From Fimbriosthenelais zetlandica (taxonomy: Eukaryota), in contig OZ365112.1 in the NCBI GenBank assembly GCA_977030845.1, positions 3,658,001-3,722,000 of the forward strand: DNA of 64,000 nt. The letters run 5' to 3'. Made by a program: the position numbers and the translations under genes. This document shows, piece by piece, positions 37,694 to 49,999 of the stretch. Every line of letters begins with the position of its first letter. Positions within the stretch are counted from its first letter, which is position 1. Under the pieces are notes generated by a model. That model was not told the origin of the DNA. It saw only the letters and a list, made by a program, of their open reading frames with translations, and made no database searches.

Positions 37694-38054
37694 ACCCCCA
37701 TCGAGAATAAGCGATGAACATGACCTTGTGTTCCTGGATCTATGATTGGATGAATGATTGTGTAGGTTGAGGGGAGCTAATTGGATTTGTTTTGTGAATT
37801 TAGGGCTCAATGATTTCGACTTGTTGGGTTAGTCATAACATGGAAATTGCTTCCAAGAATCCTGTTCCTTATCCGTGTAAACTTTGTATTTTCGGACTAT
37901 AAAATTCAAGGTTGATTTTTGAAAAAATACATAAAGATACTTTATGATTTTTTCTTTGAGAAAGTTAATCGATGTATTGGGAGTATACATCCATTTCGTA
38001 TTAATTCCAGAATGAATATAATAGTTTAGAAAATAGTACGATACTGCTGAACTG

Positions 38055-38123
38055 GGGCATATTTCAAAAGAAAAGTTAGCAACGCTATTAGTCTATGGCT
38101 AATTTTTGTTTTGAAGTTGGCTC
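38055..38123. mobile_element. Miniature MITE family F
   Basis: CTG|GGGCATATTTCAAAA...TTTTGAAGTTGGCTC|CTG; TSD CTG/CTG. Confidence 0.75.
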
Positions 38124-39307
38124 CTGGTGCCAATTTTTTTTTCAAGTTTGTAATGTTTGAGATCTTTGCTATATCCAGCTCACTGCATGAGCTGAGACTG
38201 GGGAATATATGAACTAACCTAACATAACTGTAGGCGGTAGAACAATAATATTTGTATTGGCTTCTCCCGCCTGGTCTGGAATACAACATGAGCAAAATTG
38301 GCTAGCAGATCACGTTTATTTGTGGTTTCCAAATATCTTATTTTCATACCTTTCGGTGGATATATCAAAGGTTATGCTATATTTATCTAGCATCTAGCAT
38401 ACTACTGCATCGATAAATCTATTGAAATTCATCAAGATTGAATGCCCAAAATTATTATGTTTTTTATAGAAAGACCTTTGCAATTCAGGAAGATCAGGTA
38501 TCAAACTATGCCATTTCATAACTATGCTTCAACATAGAGTGAACTATAGCTTAAGATTCAAGAAAGAATATTGTATCAGAAATGAAGGAAAATGAAGAAG
38601 AAGAGTTAAACTGATGGGATTTTGCATGATATAGCAATACCATTCACAAACAATAGGAAGAAAGTTAAAGAACTGAAGCATTCATAGCACTTTCCACTCA
38701 GAATAGACAGACTGGATTGAATGTTGAGAAAAGAATTAATGTGCACTCTAGAATTACGAAGGACAAAAATTGGTAGAATGAAATGAAATTCCCATAGCAC
38801 TTTCTCTTGGGAATACCTGCAGTGGATTAGAGTGGGCTATTGGTCAGTGGACCGTTTCAGCGTGAAACATTCCCATAGACTCAGCATTGCTGATGACTGT
38901 AGTGAAACAGGCTCCAGGTCTGAGCAGCTGGTCCGGTATTGAGATATATAAAGCCTTAGTCCGCTTATAAATACACCAGGAATATCCTGACATATGCTGG
39001 CATTTACATCATCACGAGCAAGCATGTCTGGCATATAGACGGACAAATTGGAGTGAGCCCATCTGTCTTCTACCTATACAAGAGGATGGGTGGGTTGGGG
39101 GGGATGGGTGGTGGGGGATAGGCTACTGGTAGCCCGTAGACATGTATTGCTGGGATGCTTTCCCTGATAATGAGTCTTTTTTTCCATTTTCTCCACTGTT
39201 TTCAGCATAGAAACTGCAGAAATTTAAGCCATTTTCAAAATAATTCTGTTGCGAATTTAAGTATAGTTGCCGATTGTTATATAGGAATACTATATATAGA
39301 CCCGTTA

Positions 39308-39518
39308 AGCCGGGACTCCACTGCTGCGATTTTGCTTGCGACACTAGTGCGACAAAGGTGATGCTTGTGAAGTTGTGTAGGAATAAAATTTATAAATTGT
39401 GGTTCAAGTGTCCAAGGCCTTACGGCCGTCCTCCAATGGTAAATTTATCATTGAAACACAAGCATCACCTTTGTCGCAGACGTGTCGCAAACAAAATCGC
39501 AGCAGTGGAGTCCCGGCC
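39308..39518. mobile_element. PIF/Harbinger-like MITE family A, intact copy
   Basis: TSD TTA/TTA; same length (211 bp) as, and only a few substitutions from, 15663-15873. Confidence 0.92.
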
Positions 39519-40526
39519 TTAGAATAATTTCTCTTGAGGAAGACTCCCACACTCCCCCAGTGTTCAGTTCACCCCCATGGCACCCCTTGCCATAAAAATA
39601 ATTTATCGGATTCCCCCCGCCTTACCTATCCACGATGTACAATGTTAAAGATTTCCCTCTTTCATCCCAGACACGTCGGCCCATCTGTTCCCCTGGGGAT
39701 TGAAGCATTCCCAGTATGATCCCCGCCTCTTCCCAAGGAGCTCCGTGCTGGCACTACATGGGTCCCATCCAGGTGTGAATGTACTAAATCACCCCACCAG
39801 ACACTATGTGAACCCAAACCAAACCTTTTTTTTTTTTTATTTTTTTATTAATCTAATTTATCCAGGAGGTATAATCACTGTAAGATTATAACAAGGCCCT
39901 TCGGGAGCTAGCCCGGTCTTCCAGGACCTTCCTGCTTTTAAATAACAAAGTTTAAAAATAGCCTGGTATCAAAATGATGGAAAAAGAATAAAGTAAAAGA
40001 TTAAGTAATTACATAGAATAGATTATTTAAGCAATATACTAAACTTCAAATTTAGACCTGTCATATAAAATAGGGAATATATATATACAGGGACGAAGAT
40101 ATGTACATATTTACATATAGGATTATCTGAGCAGAGTTAAATAAATATAATTAATTATACAAATATTCATTCATTAGGAAATATGATTTAAGGGATGCAC
40201 GGAGACGTACACACAGAACCTACAGCCGTAAATAGACAGACAATTGCAAGGCTTAGTTAATTATATAGATAGATCACTGTATGGGCGCTGACGGCACACC
40301 ATTACAAAAAGAAAAGGGATGAGAAAGGTGTAAGGGGGGGGGGGGGAAAGAAGGTCGGTGGTGAGGTAACCTTACATATATTTATTTTTAAAAACGTTGT
40401 CTAGCTTTGGTTGTCAAATTGAGATGTACCTAACATATCATTTTTTATGTAGCCCACACACTGCTACTACACTGCACATTATAAGATTAAACATAGACGT
40501 ATAGAATATAAAAGTTGTTTCGTTAG

Positions 40527-41045
40527 AAGAGAGAGGGAGAGAGAGGGTAGGATGGAGAGATGGAGGGAGAAGGGGACAGATATAGAGAGATTGGGGGAGA
40601 GGGTAGGATGGAGAGATGGAGGGAGAAGGGGACAGATATAGAGAGATTGGGGGAGATGAAGCAGAGGGCGTGAGATCGAGAGAAAGACATAGATAGAGTG
40701 AGAGAACGAGAGAGATATAGAGGAGAGGGAGAGAGCGAGAGAAAGATCAGAGAGACAGAGCGAGAGAGAGAGGAGAGGGAGAGAGCGGGAGAAAGATCAG
40801 AGAGACAGAGCGAGAGAGAGAGGAGAGGGAGAGAGCGGGAGAAAGATCAGAGAGACAGAGCGAGAGAAAGATCAGAGACAGAGTGAGAGAGAGGAGAGTG
40901 AGGGACAGAGATCAGTGAGAGAGAGGAGAGTGAGAGATATAGAGATCGGTGAGAAAGAGAAAACGAGAGAGACAGAGATCAGAGAAAGCTCAGAGAGACT
41001 GAGGGATAGACGGAGTGAGAGAGATGAGAGAGAGAGCGGTCTGAG
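40527..41045. repeat. GA-rich compound repeat with larger duplicated units
   Basis: gagggtaggatggagagatggagggagaaggggacagatatagagagattggggga occurs twice; gagaaagatcagagagacagagc units follow. Confidence 0.95.
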
Positions 41046-42883
41046 AGTGATAATTCATCAAGCCTGAGAGTAGGCTAATAGTTTGACCCTATGTTGGGGT
41101 CAGGATGGGTCCATATTGAACCTGAGTATCCCACACCCTCCCTGACCCCTCTACTCACCACGATGAGTCAGTAATGAGCTGCTCATTCTCCACAGACGCT
41201 CCATATACCTGCTGGATGCTCCTTCCATAACTTACCTCTCACTTTCTGATAAATCTTTTATTATATCCATAAATTTATACCACTGGCACATGCTAGGCAA
41301 TCAAAACTTATATATTTCGTCTACTCGCAGGTAGACGCGTCCCCACTTATAAGTGATTATCCAAGCGATACCTGCGCGAAAATATATTTCAATTTACACA
41401 CAATGCTTGTAATTATGTCATTGGTTAGCCTTAGCTAATCTCTAAAATTTGTATCAAGAAAACCCAAAATTAATCCCCTTCATATGCTAAAGAAATACAT
41501 AAGTAAGAGACCAAACATCGTGGCATGAAATTGCCAAAAATATGAAATCTTTGTCCGTAATCTGTTTCTACAGGACATTTGTAAACCGAAAATTAATTCC
41601 CCTTATAGGCTATGCTAAAGAAATGCATTCGAAAGAGACCAAATAACGTGGGAAAAGTCCGTAAGCTGTTTCTACCAAACATCTAGCACCTGTCAAATTT
41701 AAAAGAAAATTGTGCACTAAAAACAGGTCTTCACAGTTTATCTTCTTGGTCAGCGATACTCTTTAGCTAACAGTTTTACATCCTGCTACTTTGAGATATA
41801 AATGGCAGATGATGAGGAGATATCATTGAATATACAGGACGTGATCTGTTCGTGTTTTGTGGTTAACTCGTGGCTTACAGCCCTCGTGGCTCCCTGCCGT
41901 GTGATGACGTGTTGATGGACGTCAGGTTGACGTTAGGTACGACGTCTTAACGTCTGATCAGACGTTAGCTGATGGATGGTAACGTTCACAGTGAACCCGT
42001 CTGCCCTGTCACGCCCTCTCTTGGCGGGAGCGGGAACTACCGACTAGTGCTATAACAGTAGTTAGTCTTCTGAGATGGAAAATGTCTGAATTTATTTAAA
42101 ATTAAATCATTTGAATACAATTTATATGATCCCTGGCATTGAAGGGTTATCAGATAATTGGATTGAATGGAGAAAAATAAAGTGGATTGAACTCTAGATG
42201 ATATTTAACCCGAATCAATTTTAAATCTTATCTTGATTTGGACCGATCGGTCTGACCCTCCATGTAGGCCTACCTTTATTTATTTGTATATAACGAACCA
42301 AAGTGGTATAGATTTCTTTTTATATTTGGAAATAATACAGTCAGTTCTGTAGCACTGTGTACACTTGGATAATATGGAGATTCAAATAGAGATCTATAGG
42401 TTCAGGTGATTCCATTTAATAATGAGATCGTATCATATTTTATCTGAATTGTTCCACTCATCTAATTTCCAGCCCAATAAAATATTCATAAATAGGCCCA
42501 GTGTAATTATCCTGCAGTTTATTTATAACGAAAATTGGCATGACTTTTCACTACGGTTATTACTATAAATATTGTTCATTAATTATGAATTCGTTGAATC
42601 AATCTATTGATGTAAGTTTATTTTTATAGTAAAATGGATTTACGTTACTTTTTATTGCATTATCCTCACGGCAGGATATGATTCAAAGAGTTCTCCTTGA
42701 CTCCTGGGAACACGTCATCCCCCCCCCCCCCCCACCCCACCCCACCCCCCCCCCCCCCAATATAAACAAACTTAGCCTGCACCCCAGCAGCCTAACAGCC
42801 CCTATTCATCTAGTACCACTTTACCCCTCCAGGTGCCACCCCGCGTTATCTCTCCCCGCGTTCTAATTCAAGCTCGCCTGTTA

Positions 42884-42944
42884 CTAAAAATAGACTCAGA
42901 CTCATGCATTATCCCGGTCAGACGGCGGCCGATGCTATAAATAG
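42884..42944. promoter_or_regulatory. Two MEF2 sites, the second overlapping a TATA box (candidate muscle promoter)
   Basis: CTAAAAATAG (42884-42893) and CTATAAATAG (42935-42944) match CTA(A/T)4TAG; CAGGTG E-boxes nearby. Confidence 0.55.
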
Positions 42945-42981
42945 CCGGAGCAGCTCCGCTCCAACCCCCAGGTGGTACCGG

Positions 42982-43017
42982 ATGCCGCCACCAGGTGATA
43001 GATTGACGCGCCACCTA
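42982..43017 (+). CDS. Candidate short first coding exon (phase 0), MPPPGDRLTRHL
   Basis: ATG ~45 bp downstream of TATAAATA; donor CTA|GTGAGA. Confidence 0.3.
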
Positions 43018-43241
43018 GTGAGATGAGGTGGAGTGAGTTTGATGGGGTGAGGGGTGGAGTGGGGGGGCAGGCGAACTGAGGAAAGGTGAAGTCAATCAAG
43101 ACAAGAAACAGGGGGGTTTGATGGAAAGGGGAAAGTGAAAGGAAACATTGGTCTAAATGTGACTGTATTTATACTGCAGGGCTGGGTTACTTATTGAGTT
43201 ACAGCCACCAGATGGCGCCCTCAACATCCGCTAGGGGGCTG
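42984..43241. promoter_or_regulatory. Cluster of CTCF-like motifs
   Basis: CCACCAGATGGCGC (43205-43218), CCGCTAGGGGGC (43228-43239), GCGCCACCTAGTGA (43008-43021, reverse orientation) and the weaker CCACCAGGTGA (42988). Confidence 0.5.
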
Positions 43242-43420
43242 TAATAAGAGTCTATGAGTAACACATGATGTACTGTATCCTTCTACCAACATTAAAAATC
43301 TTTGGATCTTTTGATCCTCCGGTCACACCTCAAAGTTGATCCACACCTCTGGTCTTTCTTCTTTCTCTGTTGGCTTCACACCCGAGGAAGATCAACACCT
43401 GAATGATTAAATTGACAAAT

Positions 43421-43570
43421 TTTTAGGTTTTCAGGCCTAAAATATATAATCCTTTAGGTTTTTAGGCCTAAAATATTTAATCCTTTAGATTTTTAGGCCT
43501 AAAATTTATAATCTTTTAGGTTTTTAGGCCTAAAATTCATAATCTTTTAGGTTTTTAGGCCTAAAATATA
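43421..43570. repeat. 31-bp minisatellite (~5 copies) with palindromic core TTTTAGGCCTAAAA
   Basis: Directly visible tandem units. Confidence 0.95.
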
Positions 43571-44722
43571 TTGAACTTTTATATTAATGATTACCAATAA
43601 GATAGGCCTACTGGCAACCGCATAATGTGTGAGGGGCACCCTCCATGCTCAACACCCCAACCCTCCAACACCCAAACCCTCCAACACCCAAACCCCCACC
43701 ACCAACCCCCAAAACCCCCAACCCCCAACCCCCACACACAATCTACCGATGCAGATTCAGTCAGATATGCCAGAAAGTCTTTGCCTTTGAATCATCCAGG
43801 TTCTACAGACAACATGATCACTCTGTGATTTGGCTCAGTCTCTAATCCCCCCCTTTGATGTCAATAAATATAGACATATAACCTTGGGTGCAATTCTATA
43901 CACTAAAGTGCCTCTAAGTTGGTATTAGATGGAATAAATATCAATAATTCGAGATGAAAGGTGGCTCGAATAACCCTGGGTGCTATATATCATGTACGTG
44001 GCTTTATATTACAAGGATATCTGTATTTCTCTACACCCATTATGCCACTGTCGTCTCACTTGATTTTTCTTTCGCCAATACCAGATTCGTCTTTTCATCT
44101 ATGCCATGGTATAGGCTTATACATGTATAAGAAATAACATACTGAATCTATAATATTTCCTGTGAATTTTCATTTTTCTATTAGTAATTAAATGTGAAGT
44201 TACTTTTACTTAAGATTAATCATATTTTAAGATTAATTTTATTTGATGTAATCTAATCGTCAATACGCTTTGACAAATGTGTGTTTTATTCCCCAGTTCA
44301 TTTTGATCTTTCAAAAATGAACTTGGAACTTTTATTTTGGGATTTTGTTTTCAGTCCCTACACCTGGAAGCTGAGATCTACCTTTTCAGCCAGCCTGTCT
44401 ATAGACTCAGTCCCCTTCTATAATCCATGTAGTATTTGTAGAAGCACAGTAGAGGTAGTCATTGCCTACAAGGAGTGCCTACCCACTCCAGCCTTTTCTC
44501 ATCCTCTATAAAATCTCCTTTAGCTCTCATAAAAACACTGATTTCTTTATTTGTGTGGCAGACAACCGTAGCTCTGATTCCACTTATTGCTTGTTTGCTC
44601 AAAGCATTTTCGGATTCAGAGTCTTAGGGTCTTTGTGGGGACGGTCGTCTCGCTGATAAATTTCAGACAGTTTCTTGACTATCGGGGTGTTGTACAACAA
44701 TTATTTAGCGTTCAGTGCATTG

Positions 44723-44783
44723 GGACCTGTTTCAAAACGGATATGAGCAAGTCAATGGCTAATTTTCGTTTTGAAACAGGGTC
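44723..44783. mobile_element. Miniature MITE family F, diverged
   Basis: GGACCTGTTTCAAAA...TTTTGAAACAGGGTC followed by CTG. Confidence 0.65.
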
Positions 44784-44929
44784 CTGGATGACTGGATATC
44801 TTTCTGTGAATGATTGCTAGTAGTTCCGTCCTCAGTCACCAGGTAGCACCTGTAGCGTGGTGACATTATTAGTGACTTGATTCTACACCAGGTGTCACAT
44901 AAGTCTACTTTCGATTTCCATTTGACAAA

Positions 44930-45139
44930 GACAGAGACTCAGAGAGGGGCAAGCGGCAGAAGTTAGAGAGAGAGGGGTACAGAGAAAGAGAGGAGGAGAG
45001 ACACGGGGAGATAGGCGAGAGAAGGAGAGATGCCAGAGAGAAAGACAGAGACTCAGAGAGAGAGGGCAGAGAAGAGAGAGAGAGAGAGAGGGGAGGCAGA
45101 GAAGAGAAAGACAGAGAGAGAGGGGGGGGGGAGGCAGAG

Positions 45140-45178
<39 letters not shown>

Positions 45179-45285
45179 AAGAGAGAGAGAAAGAGAGATA
45201 AAGAGAGAGGGATTCAGAGGGATAGGCGAGAGGCGGGAGATTGAGAGAGAGGACAGCGAGAGAGAAGTGAGAGAAGTGAGAGATA
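44930..45285. repeat. Degenerate (GA)n microsatellite
   Basis: Directly visible; explains ORF 45030-45377. Confidence 0.95.
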
Positions 45286-46193
45286 TATTCCCTCCTTTAT
45301 TTATGGAATCATATCAATGTTTTATCAATAATGGGACCATTCAAGCAGACATTCATATATGTATGTGTCATTCATGATCTACCATCTATATATGCCATTT
45401 ATGCCATTCATCCATATATGCCACTATATATGCCATTCCTCCATATATGCCACTATATATGCCATGCATAAAAGAGCTTCTCATCGCATTGAATAATGAA
45501 TCATTTAATTTCCGTGTTGAGTTTTAATAAGCTCATCTCAGAGCTGGATGGAATGTAAGTTCCCGGTATGGCTCATTCAAGTGTTCGCAAATGTATCAGA
45601 CGATTTTAAAAGCCACACAGAATATGACATATCACTGGGGAAATTGTACAAGGGAAATTAAATATGACAGGGGAAATTAAATGTGCGATCTAACTGCTAT
45701 ATACAATGGTTGCAGTGGATATGATGTTAGTAAACACTTTACTTATTAACTTATCTTAATGTAAATTTATATATAGCATATGAATAAATGATATAATAAT
45801 ATAAATAATATTTGTGCCAGGCCCAGAGTCTTGCTGGTGATGGTGGGTTGAAAATAAAGTTTAGTGTTTATCGTCACCGCTCGCGTCACTTCAGTCCATG
45901 TGCGTCGCTTTTTTACTTTTTATTTTCAATTTATTTTGTAAAAGACAATAAAGTTGTGATTGCATAAATTAATCCAATGACGTAATTAATCTGACACTAA
46001 TTATTATGTGAAGAATTGTTATTGTATTAAATTCTATGTTGGGGCGGGGAGGTTAGATAATGCTTTAATTTAAGTGGAAATATTGCTGTCTCATTGTAAC
46101 GTGATATGTTGTGAAGTGAAGGGTTATAAGTGGTTTGTCATCAGTGCCAAAAAGTGAATGTGTAAGTGTGTGTTTGAGCTGCCATATTGGCTC

Positions 46194-46345
46194 CTTACCA
46201 TGGAAACACCCTATTACCATAGAAACACCATGACCATGGCAACACCATGACCATGGCAACACCATGACCACAGAAACACCATGACCATAGCAACACCATG
46301 ACCATGGCAACACCATGACCATAGAAACACCATGACCATGGCAAT
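46194..46345. repeat. 17-bp minisatellite (~8 copies) of RFX half-site-like units
   Basis: Unit CCAT(G/A)G(C/A)AACACCATGA; ends 25 bp before an assembly gap. Confidence 0.9.
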
Positions 46346-46370
46346 CTGCGACATACTGGATGCACATCAC

Positions 46371-46535
46371 NNNNNNNNNNNNNNNNNNNNNNNNNNNNNN
46401 NNNNNNNNNNNNNNNNNNNNNNNNNNNNNNNNNNNNNNNNNNNNNNNNNNNNNNNNNNNNNNNNNNNNNNNNNNNNNNNNNNNNNNNNNNNNNNNNNNNN
46501 NNNNNNNNNNNNNNNNNNNNNNNNNNNNNNNNNNN
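46371..46535. other. Assembly gap
   Basis: 165 N. Confidence 1.
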
Positions 46536-46970
46536 ATTAAATCATAGAACTATATAGAGGCTATATACATGTAGTTCTATGACTAAATCTAGCTATGGCA
46601 TTTATTCCATGCAGTTCTCTAACACCTATAGCCACTTTGCGATGGTACAGAACCAGCAAAGAGGCTGCAAGTTCCAAATATAGATAAACTTCGGCACAAG
46701 ACAATGAAGTGACGCACGCAATTCCACTTCTCTACGTATTCCACACTATTTTTTATTATTATTATTATTTAGGATGTTTATACAGCGACATATAAGGGTC
46801 ATAGGCTCACGGGGCACAATGTATGTGGCTATTCCATGGTATTCTGCCTATTGCTGTTTTTCTAGGTGCAGACTCAGTGGGGGGTGTGTATAGTGGGTTA
46901 GTAGAAAGATTGAGGTTGTTAGTACAAGTGCCCAAGGTCTTAAAAAAAATAAATAATAAAAGAGCATTGG

Positions 46971-47049
46971 GCTCTCTGTCACAAGTAGGCACCGTCATGA
47001 TATAACTGAAAAATTGTTCAAAAGTGACGTTAAACCCCATTCAATCAAT
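46971..47049 (+). mobile_element. 3' fragment of the SINE at 30830-31124
   Basis: ctgtcacaagta...accgtcatgatataactgaaaaattgtt.aaagtgacgttaaaccccattcaatc is shared. Confidence 0.85.
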
Positions 47050-47502
47050 AGTACAAGTGTAATTAGATGAGTTAAACTTGGATTGAGAGCGATGAGAGTG
47101 ATGGGTTGTGTGAAAATGATAATGGAGTTGTGTGAAAATGATAATGGAGTTGTGTGAAAATGTTAATGGAGTTGGGTGGAGTTGGGTGAAGGTGAGTGAG
47201 GTGATTGGGCAAGGCTGTGTCACAAACAATGCCCATTTTGGTGAACATTTGATCAGTTAGTATCGGCGGTAGTCCTTGGAAGTACTTGGAAATAAATGCT
47301 CAGTTTAATGTTTGTCATAATTGCGTGGGTTATGAGGAATGTGGATGGACGGAATGTTAGGATCTGGTTGTGATAATCTTTATTTTAATCTGGTTGTGAT
47401 AATCTTTATTTTATCTGATTTACTCAACTAGATCTCACCTCTGGTCGCGGTGTATTGAGAATATCTGAACATCAGTAATTAACTGACATATTTCTAACTT
47501 CA

Positions 47503-47630
47503 NNNNNNNNNNNNNNNNNNNNNNNNNNNNNNNNNNNNNNNNNNNNNNNNNNNNNNNNNNNNNNNNNNNNNNNNNNNNNNNNNNNNNNNNNNNNNNNNNN
47601 NNNNNNNNNNNNNNNNNNNNNNNNNNNNNN
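47503..47630. other. Assembly gap
   Basis: 128 N. Confidence 1.
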
Positions 47631-47750
47631 CTTTCTTTCCTACTTTCTTTCTTTTATCTTTGTTTATTTCTTTCTTTCTTCTGTTCTTTCTTTCATTCTT
47701 TCTTCCCTTCCTTTCTCATTTCTCTTTCACACACACACTCTCTCTCTACC

Positions 47751-47924
47751 NNNNNNNNNNNNNNNNNNNNNNNNNNNNNNNNNNNNNNNNNNNNNNNNNN
47801 NNNNNNNNNNNNNNNNNNNNNNNNNNNNNNNNNNNNNNNNNNNNNNNNNNNNNNNNNNNNNNNNNNNNNNNNNNNNNNNNNNNNNNNNNNNNNNNNNNNN
47901 NNNNNNNNNNNNNNNNNNNNNNNN
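47751..47924. other. Assembly gap
   Basis: 174 N. Confidence 1.
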
Positions 47925-48409
47925 GCTCCAATAACTACCTTTCCTTGACACCAACAATTATCGTCTATCCATGTACTCGTGGATGAAACAAATGAACTAT
48001 TTCTAAAGATAGGCTGTTTGTGTTCATGCTGTGGCATCTGTCACCGTGTCAAGTCTGAGATCGTCTTGTTTACATCATGACAGAGGTAACCATAGTTACC
48101 GATCATGGTCATCACATCAGGCATCATGGTCGTGGGCGAGCCACCCAAAATAGGATAATTTTTTATTTTTAACCGGGTGGGTGGGGTGGGGGAGCTGAAT
48201 AGACCTATTTTAATCGTGTTATAAAAAGACTGTAATTTGTCAATATTTAAATAGGGGCTTCAAGTTCAATGGCCGAGTCATCAAGTTACACAAACCAAAT
48301 TAATAGCTTTCATGGATTATTTAAGTTTGCCAGATTTACGGCAATAACCATACAATAGCTCTTTTAGTTACGCTGTCATTTATTCTTAATAGTTACCTTT
48401 TCCCCTTTA

Positions 48410-48627
48410 AGCCAGGAATACACTAATCCGTTTCTCTATGATCTATCCGGAGCCATCCGATAGCTGTCCGAAACTAGATTTCTATTCGCACCAAATGCTT
48501 GCAATTCCAACAGTCCTTTACACCTAGGTAAGGCTAACCACTGACAAAATTTCAATCTTTAGATGCCATTAGAAATAGGGTATCGGATGGCGACGGATTG
48601 GAGAATCGGATTAGTGTATTCCCGGTT
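48410..48627. mobile_element. PIF/Harbinger-like MITE family B2
   Basis: Same TIRs and core as 16924-17134; flanks TTA/TAA. Confidence 0.9.
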
Positions 48628-49090
48628 TAAAAATTAAACCAGCACAAATTCACCCAGCCTGGAAGTGGAACTGCGCTTGATAGTCATATGATAATATTGT
48701 CTGCGTTTGTTTCGGATCAGAGCTAGACAAGAATGGAGAATTCTTTAATTCACCAATTTAAAGTTCCCTTCAGGCATAAAATGTACATACATTTCACTGA
48801 TCTCCTCCTCCATGATTCGCTGAATTCTGAGTCGGAGTTTCCACCCTTAGCCACCCTCTAAACACACCCCCACCCTCATTCCTGCTTCAATTTCTTCTTA
48901 TTGTATTTCAGTTTAACCATAAATTTATATAACTTTACTTCTTGAATCGGATTTGATCCCTAATCTTTATTGCAAAAAATATTGTCATTAACCAGTCGTA
49001 AAATAGAGAAAAATAGTTATTAGTTATTTTTATGAAACACCACCCTGTTTCACAAGCAGCGATAATAGCTTGACAGGCAAAGAAAGAAAA

Positions 49091-49312
49091 ATGTTAGAAA
49101 GGAGTCGTTTTCAGGGCTTTTTACTCGATACTTTTGGCGCACATTTGCGACCATTGATCATCATTATAATAGGCTCTTATCAACTGTCTCAGATTGTACA
49201 ACAATGGATCAGTACTGGTAATAGTAGACTACTTTCTTATCCTCTTTTTTCCAGTTCTCAAGTTACAATTTTTACTTTAAATCTATCTGTATTGCTCGGC
49301 TCGTGTCTTCAG
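49091..49312 (+). CDS. Candidate first coding exon (phase 0), hydrophobic 74 aa, MLERSRFQGFLLDTFGAHLRPLIIIIIG...LSVLLGSCLQ
   Basis: 74 open codons in AT-rich DNA ending at CAG|GTAGAA. Confidence 0.3.
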
Positions 49313-49897
49313 GTAGAAACCATACATTAGTCTAAAGCATTTCACTTGTATTTTCCATTGTGGACGTCCCTGGATGTCTGTTTTAAGTTTATATGAATAA
49401 TTAATATTAACCTAACACGATACACTGCAAATATTAAACAGTAAAATCACTATCATTATGATAGACACTCTATAAGGTCCCTAATCTGAGGGAGTCTTTT
49501 GTACGACGTTTCATATCGTCAAAAAGTCTTCATTATGTTTTCCAAATCAGTGTACGGTACCTTATGAAGTTTCCTTTGCGAAAATCGTTCACTATTAACG
49601 AGATGTTCACTAATTAGAATAGTAATACTTGACTGAAAATGACTGAAAAGTGAGTATTAGAAACATTATTGGAATGAAAAGTAAATGACATAATGAGATA
49701 GTTTTCACGGTCCAGTTGTCAGGAGTTCCAGTGATGGAGGTTTTACAGTATAGTATTATTTATTACATCAGAACAAATACAAACGTACACTTGGCAGGAA
49801 ATCCCTGATATATGACCATTGACATTGGTCTTGATGCTGTCAATATGCCTTCACTGTGAGTTTTGATATATATGTACCGAAACAAGACTCTTACACA

Positions 49898-49999
49898 ATG
49901 TCTGTCCTGACAGGGACATCGGAGGACCTTCAGGACCTTATGTATACTTTCTATGGTGGCCCACATCTCCCTCTGGTGTATTGTTACAATGGATTAGAA
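49898..49999 (+). CDS. Candidate first coding exon (phase 0), MSVLTGTSEDLQDLMYTFYGGPHLPLVYCYNGLE
   Basis: 34 codons; weak donor GAA|GTATAT. Confidence 0.25.

Noticed and set aside
47138-47191. MIMELCENVNGVGWSWVK ending at perfect AAG|GTGAGT in phase 0
   Set aside because: Built from a 23-bp tandem repeat next to a SINE tail, so chance is likely. The very short MHLALHIQ (33556), MGPIQ (39758), MTE (48077) and the ORF at 53130-53222 were also not called.
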